Of a DNA stretch of 46,211 nt, positions 32,701-43,900 are shown one piece after another (the stretch's first letter is position 1; each line of letters begins with the position of its first letter). The DNA is from Klebsormidium nitens (Eukaryota > Plantae > Klebsormidiophyceae): the NCBI GenBank assembly GCA_000708835.1, contig DF237605.1, positions 1 through 46,211 on the forward strand, written 5' to 3'. The position numbers were made by a program, and so were the translations under genes. The notes under the pieces are model-generated. The model was not told the origin of the DNA. It saw only the letters and a list, made by a program, of their open reading frames with translations, and did not search any database.

Positions 32701-35700
32701 CAGGAAGCACACGATGCTTGGTGGACATTTCCAAAGCGTCAGACTTGTTGGTTTCGAACTGCGAGTGTTTGTAAGGAACGTCTGAATCTTGACCAATTGC
32801 CACGAAGGAAGTCGCTGACGTTTTTCATTTCGTCTCCAGTGCCTACCTTGCCAATAAGGCGCTTCGAGAGGTCAGTGAAGAAGCGGCCATCTCGAAAGCA
32901 GAGACGATTTTGCGCAAGGAGACGGAGTGGATGAGGCGGCAGCCCAAGGTACGATGAATTACGTCTTTTGTTTCAGAAAAACTTCACTTCGTTTGCTTGC
33001 TTCTCGACGAAGTGGTGGATTGCCGTGCAGGTGCTGCGCTACCTGTGGTTGTTAAGGTTATTCGGGCTGTTTACTGTCTTCATTACTTCCTCAATTGATA
33101 ATGGATTGTTGAGTCGGCCTCTCTCCATCGTTGCCTTGGATCCTTTTCGATGAGCTGGATCTCGAAGCCGTGCCTTATGCTGCTTTGTCTGGTGCAGGCG
33201 CGCAGCACCAAGTCGCGGGCTCGGATTGATCAGTACTACGCGTTGACCAAGGCGGCAGAGAGGAAAGGAGCCACCAAGGGGCTCCAGCTCGACATTGGCA
33301 GCGAACGCCTTGGAAAGAAGGTGAGCCATGCTGCGCGAGAAACACATCTCTGGCCGGGAGTCCAGTGGAGCCGTTGTTGCTGGAGCCGAGTGTATTTTTG
33401 ACAATCAGGTTAAGCTACCAAAGTTGACCTGCTTCCAATCAGGGTCGGCCATCTCGGCCATTACGTCCAGTGAGCAGACTCTCCCCTTTGTTCGGCAGCA
33501 CTTTGAGACAGCTGACCCGTCAGACTCTATCGTCATTTTGAAAGACCGTGCCTCGTATTGACGATGCGAAGTGCAGACGATGCGTCGTGCGCACGATGCA
33601 AAGTGCGCACGACAGCACGTCCTTTATTCTCAAGCGATCCTTGATGAGATTCGTATGTCGCAGATTCTGGAGTTGCGCGGCGCGTGCATGGACTACGGCG
33701 AGATGCGAGTGCTGGACAACTTCAGCTACACCTTCGTGAAGGGCGACAGAGTGGGCGTCGTCGGCAGGAACGGAGTCGGCAAGTCCACTGTGAGGCCCAC
33801 ATTATACTTCTTCCCTGTTTTTCCAACCTCATAATCTCGTGCTTTTGGCAAGCTCACCATAGATGCTCTTCCTTCTCTTTCCTAGCTTCAAGAAGGGACG
33901 AGTGTGTCTAGATATTGCTTGCGGGCTTTCGTAAGCAAGTCAGGTTGTCTGTCGAGAAAAGTCAAGGATTTTCATCCGGACCCCTTTTTGGTGTTTCACT
34001 GATAAAGCAATTGGATCAGTGGCTTCGGCACACCTAGCGACTGCCGCGGGCCAGCATCGGTTTGTGTGGTTGCATCAGTTTTCATTCTGTTGGCTCACGT
34101 CGGGGGTGTTTGTGTGCAGTTGTTGGAGGCGTTTGCGGGCAACTTGGCGTTGAAGAGCGGAGAGAGGGAAGCAGGGGAGACACTGGTGAGCGCCGCACCT
34201 TGCTGTATCTGCTCGAATGATGGCTATTTGACATTTTCGAGTGTTTCTTTCCCGGCTCTGCACTCCTGAAAAGGTGTTCCTCAATAGTTGTTATCAAGGC
34301 TGTTTCCATCTAGATGATGTTCCCGCGAAGTTTGCATCCTGTGGCATGCATTTCGGGGAGCCGCTGATGTTGCAGCAAAAACTATAACTCTTGAAGCACA
34401 GAGTGCTCATGAGAACAAAACTTGGACTGAGGCTCCCCAGCAAGCCATTCAATTTACGGCAGCTCCTCCTCCCGGCTGACCCTCTTCAATCCCGTCAAAT
34501 CACCGTGATCAAACGGCTTTACTCATCTGATAAAGCCGCGGGTCATTACACTTTGAAGCTGCACCCTATGCTCCGTGTGGCCGCTTCGCTTTGGGGAGCC
34601 TCTGTCCCAAAGGCCCCTGTGTGTCCAGCTGCTACTTATCCCCTCTTGCTCTGGACGAGGATCTTGTTTGCTCCTGATTCAGATTCTCCGCCCCTTTTTG
34701 CACTTGCGTCCCAGTGCCTGAGACCTCAGTGCTTGCCAATTAGACCACATACCGCCCCGCCCGCTGACGCACCTACCTCTCGCCCTTTCCGTAGAACATT
34801 GGGTACTACACCCAAGACACGCCGGCCATTCCCGACGACGTGCGCGTGATGGACTACTGCCAGCAGTTTGCGGAGGGCGAGGTCCAGCTGGGCCGCGACC
34901 AGGGGGGCTTCCTCGGGAACACCGCCGCCACCGGGGAGAAGCAGGGGCTCAACGTCTCGGGCCTGCTCGAGCGCTTCGGCTTCCCCCGGGCCAAGCAGTA
35001 CGACAGGTGCGGCCTCCCAACTTCTTTTCTGTTTTGGGAGTGTTGGCACGAAGTTGGAGACGGATCTCGGAACATCCGTGCTGTTTGCGAACAGTACGTT
35101 CATGCTCAGAACATAATTGGTTGGATTCTGAGGTCCAATCCTTTAACAAGAGGCCGGGCCCAAACCCAGACCTGGCATTATAGGACGAGTCCAAGTTCAA
35201 CCGGATCCAAGATTTTTCCATGCGGGTGTCCAGTCGATTGTCGGGTGAAGCTAGCAGCCCATGTGCACTTCTAGAGTTCCCTATAGGAGTCCGTGCTTGC
35301 CGGCATTCTCCTCGAGTCATGTCAAGTAGCACCTTGATATCGTTGAATCTGCATTTTGGTGGGTTTCAGAACGGGTATGCCGCGCTTTATTGCTGTCCTG
35401 CCGTGCGTTTGGTATCTGGGTTTGTACGCGTCCGCTGTGACCAGACCCCTCGTATAAACGCACAGAGTCGCGGCAATCTGCGACGTGGCTCGGGACGCCT
35501 CTTCCCGAGCACACTACTAAAAGATGCCAATATCCCGCCCAAGGGCCAGCGCCTCTTACGGCAAAATGTAAACAAGGCGAAAGCACGAATATCCAGCCTG
35601 ACGCAGTCAGTTAGCAGCCTTCTTCGGATCAAGTCTCGTCTGAGCGAGAAAAGTTCGTTTCGATCAACAAATTCTTCTGTTCGCGAAAGAAAACTCCTTC

Positions 35701-37892
35701 GATTCTGTCGTGCATGCCTATATACGCGCTGCGTGTTGGGTGCAGGGCTGGCAAGCTGAGTGGAGGCGAGCGCCGGCGGCTGCACTTGGCGACGGTGCTC
35801 ATGAGGAGGCCCAACTTTCTGTGAGTGCGCTCGTGTGGCTGTGACGTGGAGACGGACGCCTGGGTCCAACCGGCTCCTGCCCGCAGTCGAGCCTTCTGCA
35901 GTTGTCTCTTTTTCTACGCTGCCTTGCTGGCGCAGCTGCCTATCTTCCCTGTGGTGCCTGGGAGCATTGGCTGGCCGCTGATTTCAAGCTTGTGACCTTT
36001 TTGCCTGACGATACTCTTTTTGACGACAATCCATCTGACTCGTTGCCTGTGTCCTTGCAGCATGATGGACGAGCCCACCAACGACCTGGACCTGCAAACT
36101 ATTGAGGTGAGGCAATTTTACCGTTAAGTCGGTTACAGAGCCTCTTGCATGGACCATCCCGCAAAGTCTCTCCTTGTGATTCAGTCTGATAGGGATAACA
36201 TTCCGACGGTTTCAGTCACTGAGGTGAAGAGCGCCGCGCCGTTTCGCTTAACGTGACTCTCTGTGCTTCGCAGACGCTGGAGGCATTTCTGCAGTCGTGG
36301 GACGGCTGCCTGGTGGTCGTGTCCCACGACCGCGCCTTCATGGACTCTGTCGTGGATGTAAGCTCGCCGTCTTTCTACTCTTTCGAGCAGGCCTCCACAG
36401 TATGCTTCCCGTTTTGCAGATTGCACGATGTCGCGTCATCTTTTTTATGGTAATTCGAAATATATTCGAGCTGTCCTCTGCTGCGAGTGTCTTGCACTGT
36501 AAACAGATTACTCTCATGCTCCGGTTAGATGACTTCCTTGCCGCCTCGTTTTGCAGTGGCTGCTGGTGATGGAGGGCGACGGCCAGGTGCGCGCATTCGA
36601 GGGCAGCTATTCCGACTACACCGACTTCAAGGTGCGCGCCGCGTTGCCCCGTCAGAGCTTGACCGCCACGCAGCCTCACAATCAAGCCCGGCCCTGTGCT
36701 CCAGGAGAACGTACTAATGACTGTATGTTGCAACTGCCTCAGTCCGATCGCGCTTTTGAACACGATAAAAAGCACGGACTGGGCGAGTCTCGGAGGATTC
36801 CGTCTGCCTTTATCTTCGCTTGCTTATCTTTGGTGGTGTCGTGCAGCGCGAGCAGCAGGCCGCGCTGGCCAGCGAGGAGAAGGCTCAAGCAGCGGCGGCG
36901 GCCGCGACCTCAGCGGCTGTCAGCCCTTCTTCCGGCTCCATCAAGCTCACGTACAGCGAGAAGAAAGAGTACGGGGTGAGACTGCAATCGCCGCCGCACT
37001 TGTTTTCGATAGTTAGTTTTCGCCGCGCAGGCTATAGTTTGCAGCTGCTGCATCACTGTGGATGCGATCTCGACCTGTTCGCTTGAGTATGGTGAGGCGA
37101 CAATTCTATGATGGAGGAAGTCAGGAGGCGAGTAGTTGATCGAGACGCTCCTTCTGACCAATCTTTCTCGATCGAGACGCTCCTTCTGACCAATCTTTCT
37201 CAACGGGTATCTCGACTCCCAGTGGCTGTCTCTCACGTTCGATAGCTTCCGACAATCTCGCGTTGGAAGCCCAGTATATAATTTGACTCAGTCGAAACTG
37301 CCGGTGGCTCTCAGCTCTCAGCTCGCTTTGCTCCTGTTGGTTTCTGTTCAGCGGCTGGAGAAGGAGATTGAGAAGCTGACGGGCAAGCGTGAGGCGGTGG
37401 AAGCGAAACTAGAGGCCGCTCAGCAGGCCGGCGACTTTGAGGCGCTCGCCAAGCTGGGGGCCGAGGTGGCGACGCTCATGGCGCAGATCGACGACAAGGT
37501 TAGTGATGCGAATGAACAAGTAAATAGGACGAACCTTTTTAGCGTTAGCGGAGTGTATCCATTCGGGGGCGCTGCCTTCGCCAAGTTTTCTCCATTTGTT
37601 CCCTTCCTGCCTTCGTTGTTTTCTCGTGTCTGCGTTTGCAGGGGCTTTTTAGGTCCTGCCTCTGATCCTAGCGTTTCTCACGCCCTTAGAGACTGCAAAG
37701 CCCCCTCTTGTGCCTTCACCCTTCGTTTGAACTATTGAAATGCTCCTTTGAATTAGATATGTTCCTTTGAGTGAGCGAGGTGAGGTGTCAGCTTGCGGTT
37801 TGCAGGGTTTGCATCTTCATTACTGACAAAATTTCCCCGTCCTGTGACAGAGCGACCGCTGGTTGGAGTTGGCAGAGCGGGCAGAAGGCTGA
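29722..37892 (+). CDS. Bacterial-type ABC-F ATPase of the Uup/YfmR subfamily with probable plastid transit peptide and C-terminal coiled coil, ~784 aa, 16 exons
   Basis: Exons 29722-30203, 30492-30630, 31035-31277, 32402-32658, 32840-32948, 33198-33320, 33664-33789, 34120-34185, 34795-35006, 35746-35820, 36061-36106, 36274-36357, 36557-36631, 36847-36975, 37352-37498, 37851-37892 (2355 nt). ABC1: GHNGSGKT, LSGGQ, LVLDEPTNH, VTHDRYFLD. Linker EWMRRQPKARSTKSRARI. ABC2: GRNGVGKS, LSGGE, MMDEPTND, VSHDRAFMD. CTD KLTYSEKKEY.RLEKEIEKL...SDRWLELAE. No TM domains. Confidence 0.93.
37138..37201 (+). repeat. Perfect 32-bp tandem duplication in ABC-F intron 14
   Basis: GATCGAGACGCTCCTTCTGACCAATCTTTCTC x2. 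Confidence 0.95.
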
Positions 37893-39363
37893 GGCCCTTC
37901 CGCCTTGAGGCACGTCCTTTGCCGTTGGGGGATCCGGAACTACTCCGTCTAGACATCGAGGCTTTTCGGGTGAGTTGGTTCGGATTCGAACCTCTTGACA
38001 CGAGCTACGAGAATGGCCGGGGAAGGAGCAGATATGTTGTTATCCTTCTTATTGAGTTGCTCGAGTTGTATCCTCCCCGGTTTTGGCAATGCTAAACGTG
38101 GCAGGGATCCCTGTTGAAGACAATCAGTCCTGACTTTTGCAGATCCTGGCACCAACGCCAGCGTAAGCGTATCGAAGGAGGCCCGCCTTTGCGGACGGGC
38201 TTGGACGGTGATATACAAGCATGTCCGTGGGTGCGCCTGGGATCCCAGTCAGTTGAGTTTGCACCGTTGAAGACTGCATCAACGAGGCTCAGCAGAGCTC
38301 ATTGCTGAAGGCTAAGCTGCACTTGTCACATTCTACGTGCAACGACTTAGCTTGATCTTGAACACTGTCACATCTGAAGAATGTTCTTGTCAAGACCAAC
38401 ACATTGTTTGTTGGGACGCTCTTTTCTTCTATCACTTTGTGCATGGTAAGATTGAAGCAGGCACATCAGTACGCGCGACCCGCCTGCTAGTGGGGAACCA
38501 ATACTCCATCGATTCGTTGGAAACGAGCTGAGCGACCTTGCAGAATGCGTTCGTCGTGCAATCTTGATGTATCACTTAGTTATCTAATCTGGAACATCGG
38601 CCTCATGTACTGGCATACCGTATACACTTATAGATAGCTGCAAGTCGTCGAGTTGTGTTGTTAATTGGCCCATCAATGGTTATTTGCTGTCATATCATGC
38701 TTTAACACGAATTTGTACAAGTACTTCATGGGAGGCCAGTCATGATGTATTGTGTGTGCGCGGCACCCGCGCCGGCCGCTGCACATACATCTAGCCATAG
38801 CCCGCGACTGTGTCCTGAGAATACCGTCTATGTAGCCTGGCAGCCTGATCTAGATCGCCGGGACACGGGGCAATCGAGCCTAACATGGTTCTCGAACATG
38901 TCATGCATGATACACAATATTAGACATCTACGTACTTGATATCGATTTCATGACTTCAAGACGAAAAACCATGCTTTTGTCCATGCTTTTGCGCATCCGA
39001 GCTAGCAGATACCTACATGAACTTAACTGCACAAAGTATAAAGCCTTCGATCATACCAGCGAGATGCCGCATGCTAAGCTCCTGATGACAGATATTTTCC
39101 TGGACAACGTGATTGTGGCTTCACAGCATCCACCGAGATGCGGTTCAGAGGCTGACTGAGGTAATTAACAGACCTATTATAGCACCGGTACCCCAGATAT
39201 CACCAGGTTCGGTATTACCTTGACAAAGTCACAAGCTGTTCACGAGCATCTGTTCGTGTGGCCAAGAATTGGATTTAGACAGAGATTCCGGCCAACTCTA
39301 CATAAGTCGTCAAAAACAAGAATGTCAGTCTGTTTTCATACTCGGGTTCAGAAGCCATAAATG

Positions 39364-39966
39364 TCAGTCTGCTTTTGGTGCTCGTTTCCGAGGTGCCGTC
39401 CCCTCTACTGATTTTCTGGCTCCCTCAGCGAAAGCAGGATCCGGTTGCGGCTCAGCTGCTGTGCGGGGCTCTTTAAGGGCAAGGTAGATATAGATTGCTA
39501 TAACAAGGTTCACTGATAACACAGCCAGCAGACCCATCAAGATTGTTCGATGTTCCGGGGATAAACTCCGAATGATCGAGAGCTCCCAGACTGCAAGAGA
39601 GAATGATTATATTGGACAGTGAAAGACAACTTCCCGATCACCTCCCGGTGATGCAACCAGGAACTGCTTTGAATTCAGCAAACATTCCACTTCTTTGTAA
39701 AAAAAAAGACGCCGCGTCGACATTACTAATCCTCGTTGCAACTCATCGGGCCCTAAGGGAGTCTGCGATCTAAAAAGCAAGTAGCGTGCACTTCAGGAAG
39801 CAATTCGCTCAATAAAACCGCTAATCCCCATTCTAGCTAACCAAACAAGCAGACTGTGCTCACCATTGAAAGTGTTATTGTAGAAAGCATGGATGATCAG
39901 CAGAGGGAACACCCACATCAAGAGCGAGGTGATGGCAAACTTGCTTATCGTGTTTGCTGCTGCCAT
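39364..39966 (-). CDS. VMA21: V-ATPase assembly factor VMA21-like protein, 109 aa, 2 exons (not in the supplied ORF track)
   Basis: Exon 39966-39864 (MAAANTISKFAITSLLMWVFPLLIIHAFYNNTFN, donor G|GTGAGC) and exon 39590-39364 (acceptor TCTCTCTTGCAG; VWELSIIRSLSPEHRTILMGLLAVLSVNLVIAIYIYLALKEPRTAAEPQPDPAFAEGARKSVEGTAPRKRAPKAD*). Two TM helices; matches the recalled plant VMA21 pattern KF...S.LMW..P / LAV.SVN.VI..YI..ALKE / PQPDP.F. Confidence 0.88.
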
Positions 39967-40737
39967 GGTGGCGTTACATCAACGTGGTAGCTTCTGGGTG
40001 ACGCTTCCTCAGTCCTGCGCAATCACTACCCCTTTCTAAAAAGACTTGTCAACCGTGGAAGTTTGCCGATATCCAAACAAGAAGACCGTTTCGTTATTCT
40101 TGCGCCCACTTCCGCTTACTTTCTTCTAGTGACAGCGATGACATCTCGCACCACCTGCTGATCAAAGGTTTGTCAAAAGTGTTCCAGCAGGGAACAAACT
40201 GACAAGTGCTGCTACTCTGCGCTCTTCTCAAAATGCACAAGCTCATTTCAATGCCAGCTCAGAAAATGAGTTGACCCTTGGGCCTTGATTCTTGAGCAGG
40301 CAGCTGCCAGCAGCTGCACTGGTGCGCAGTGCCAGAGAACTGCTCGGGCGCTGGCAGTGGCAGAACTGAGCTGCCGTCCAGTGAAGTGGGTTGAACCTGG
40401 TTATTCCAGGTTATGCCAAACCTGGTCGATTCATGAGTTGAACACAAGGAAGTATGAGCAGACGGTAACGGTCATAACCACCGGGCATGCAGCTCTGAGC
40501 TGATCTGCCTCCGGCAGAGGGAAATCCGAAAACGCAGTCGGACTGTGGACAGTGTTGAATTTTGTAGAACCGGTATTAGTCCGCCTGGAAATTCCGCCTG
40601 GCAATGGTTGGCATCACGTACCTGGTGTGATGTACTAACCACAATGGTCAACGAACACTAGGGTCCAGCTGAAAGCTCAGCACATGCATTCATGCTGAAC
40701 AGCTTCGATCGGACAGTGCAGGTCTGCTTGCCCCGCC

Positions 40738-40941
40738 ATGGCTGCCGAGCACGCGCCTGGGCTGTTGCTGGACGTGGTCGACGAGGCTTGGATGATGGAC
40801 AAGCTGCCCGACGACGACGTGCCACTGCCGGCAGGGGTCACGCCGGCTGCAGAGGAGACGGCTGATGATAACTTGCAACCTGAGAAGCAGACCGTGAATG
40901 AGGACAAGTGGAACGAACTGGGGCTGCATACAATTGAGTAA
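40738..40941 (+). CDS. APC13: Anaphase-promoting complex subunit 13 (APC13/Swm1; Arabidopsis BONSAI-like), 67 aa, single coding exon
   Basis: MAAEHAPGLLLDVVDEAWMMDKLPDDDVPLPAGVTPAAEETADDNLQPEKQTVNEDKWNELGLHTIE*. Matches the recalled APC13 signature L.D.VDE.W..D.LP.DD.PLP, an acidic linker, then W..L.L, and the typical ~63-74 aa length. Strong start context GCCATGG, with a probable 5'UTR-intron acceptor (GTGCAG) ending at 40721. Confidence 0.88.
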   Translation: MAAEHAPGLLLDVVDEAWMMDKLPDDDVPLPAGVTPAAEETADDNLQPEKQTVNEDKWNELGLHTIE

Positions 40942-40989
40942 GCTTGTTCCAGAGAAAGTGCGGCCTGGTGCTGCAATCAGTGAGGAAGC

Positions 40990-43900
40990 ATGGCGGCCGC
41001 GATGGCTGTTTCGACAACTTCGACGCGCTTCTCTGATCTGAAGCCTGCGCTCTCCGAGGAGACACTGCAGGTGCTGAATTCCCAGGGCTTTGAGCGCACC
41101 ACCCCGGTGCAAGCGTCGGCCATCCCCCTGTTTCTCAGCAACAAAGACGTTGCGGTTGAGGCGGTCACAGGCTCCGGCAAAACCCTAGCTTTTGTGCTGC
41201 CAATTGTGGAGATGCTGCGCAAGCTGGAGGGCTCACTCAAGCGGCACCAGGTGGGGGCGGTCATCATTTCACCCACACGGGAGCTGGCGCAGCAGATATA
41301 CTCGGTGGCGGTGCCCTTTGTGGAGACTGTGAAGGGGCTGAGGGCCTCGCTGCTGGTGGGGGGCACGGACGTGGGGGCAGACGTGCGCAGGCTCAAAGAG
41401 GAAGGGGCCAACGTGCTTATTGGGACACCGGGCCGCCTGGATGACATCATGGAGCGGGCATCATTCTTGGAGCTGAAGAGGCTAGAGGTGGGCTCCAACA
41501 AGCATAATATTGGTTGTGCTTTTGCGGAGGCATGGGCACTAGCTCTTCTCCTGTTTGCCAGGGCTTTCTTGGGGCATCTTGTCCAAAGTTCTTTGCAGGT
41601 GACCATAATGCCTAATGTCCGTAAGTGGGTAAAGGATGATGTCTTATGCGACACCTCTGATTGCTACAAGGTTGTCTTTTGTTTCCTGCCATATACATCA
41701 CGGGGCGGACAGAATCCAAACCAAGGTTGTGCGGGGCACTTCACATGCTCACTTTCCAGTGAGTCTCTTATTCCTCATGCGTGGTCCTCCTGGCAGGTGC
41801 TGGTTCTGGACGAGGCGGACCGCCTGCTGGACATGGGCTTCCAGCGCCAGGTGACGGCCATCTTGCAGCGCCTGCCCAAGCAGCGCCGCACGGGGCTCTT
41901 CTCTGCAACGCAGACGGAGGCGGTGGAGGAGCTGGCGCGCGCGGGCCTGCGCAACCCGGTCAGGGTCGAGGTCAAGGTCACCGGCAGCAGGCAGGGCGCG
42001 CATGGGGAGCTCAAGACACCCGCCAGCCTCAGCATCAAGTGAGTGCCCGTTGGGGGGGGGTGGAGGTGGGGAGCAGACGTGATTGTGGCAGGATGTGGAT
42101 GGTTTTGCATCATTCCCAGATTGGGCAGAAAGAATCTCAGTTGACTCTACGCGGGCTTGCAGCTGGCCTTGCTTTTATCTCAAGAGCCAATTTGATGGCA
42201 TCCTCAGTGCAAAAAAGACAATCACTTGTGTGGTGAAACTGGTTGCTGTTTTTTTTGAATCGTAAGGGGGTTCGAAGGGGCTTCTTTACTGCTTGTTTGT
42301 CCATCGTTCGTGGAAGACAAATTCCAAGTTCCGATGTCATCTTCTGTGCAGGTACCTGGTGTGCGAGGTGGAGGAGAAGGTGCCCCAGCTGGTGGACTTT
42401 TTGCAAACGCAGGCGCGTGGCCACAAGTGCATCGTCTACTTCTTGACGTGCGCGTGCGTGGACTACTGGGGCACCGTGCTGCCGCGCCTGCCGGGCTTGA
42501 AGAAGCTGCCCATTGTGGCATTGCACGGCAGGATGAAGCAGGTGGGGGAGAGTGCAGGGAAATTCTATCTTCAATGGCTTTCCTATGCTCTGCCAAGTTC
42601 GGCCCTCGTGAGCCAAGCGTAGAATCGCCTGTCTGTCATCTGTTGCAGCCTTTGGGTCAATTCCTGTTGCTTATGATTTGTTGCCTGTGTTTGTTGCGAA
42701 TAGTATGTTTACGTTGCTTCGTACGAGGGTGCTAGCCAGACGGGCTCTTCGCAGGGTGCATCAACAGACCGTGGTGCTGTGTGCAGTCGGTTCGTGAGAA
42801 GGCGCTGGCGGACTTTTCTGCGATGCCTGCCGGGATCCTGTTCTGCACCGATGTGGCAGCCAGAGGGCTTGACATTCCGGGGGTCGACTGGATTGTGCAG
42901 GTGAGCATCGAGCAGCTGGGCCTTTGCAGGTTGTGGCAAGAAAGTGACAGGAGCAATCAGGAAACCCTTGACGAAATGGTGGCTTCCTGACTCTTTCCTC
43001 CTTTCGTCTAAAGGTCTCAGATTGTCGGACAGTAGTATGAGACACTCAACGCTTTCGAGAATTGATCAGAAGTGACGCAGAGCCGGTTGAGCTCCGCGAG
43101 CATCTGACGTTGTTCAGTTCTGGCTGCATTACCTGGCAGCCGCATAGGCCGAATTTCAATGCTGAACCGTCCCTCCATGCCCTTGATCCACTTTCTCGTC
43201 GCTTGCATCAGCGAACCCTCCTCCCAACGCCCCCTTCCCGCTACTTGCAGTTCGATCCTCCCCAGGACCCCTCGTCGTTCATCCACCGCGTGGGGCGCAC
43301 CGCGCGCATGGGCCGCGAGGGCCGCGCCATCGTATACCTGCTCCCTGAGGAGGACACGTACGCCGAGTTCCTGCGGCTGCGCAAGGTGCCGCTCGTGGAG
43401 CTGCCCAAAACCGCCGGGCTGCCCTCTCTAACAGAAAGCCTGCGCACGGCAGCCACGGCGGACCGGGACATATTGGAGAAGGGGACGCGAGCCATGGTGT
43501 CGTTCGTGAGGGGCTACAAGGAGCATCAGTGCAAGTACATTTTCAGGTGAGGGGGCAGACGCGGGATGGGGAACAGAGCGGTGCCAAGTGAATAGAGCAA
43601 GAGCTTTAAGAGCTGGGGTCGTAAATTGGGGTCGTAACTTTGACTATGTCAAATTTGGCCGCCTGCATGGTGCAACTGCATCTGAGGGTGCAGCTTGTGG
43701 CAGTCAGTGGCTGCATCCTTTGAACGGCTGCTGCGGACGGAGCAACTGGGATTCTATCAGGCGGCCAAATGTGGCTAGAGTTGCGAAGTGGGGCCACCTT
43801 GCAATGGTATGGCAAGGGGCTTCTTAGGACGGTATAAAATCTGGACGTTTCCAGCACTCAACTCGGTGTTGCATACCTTTGAACAGCCCGATCGCCCCAC

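Noticed and set aside
40942-40989. Stop-codon readthrough from APC13 into the helicase
   Set aside because: Although in frame, two stops (TAA 40939, TGA 40981) would both have to be read through.
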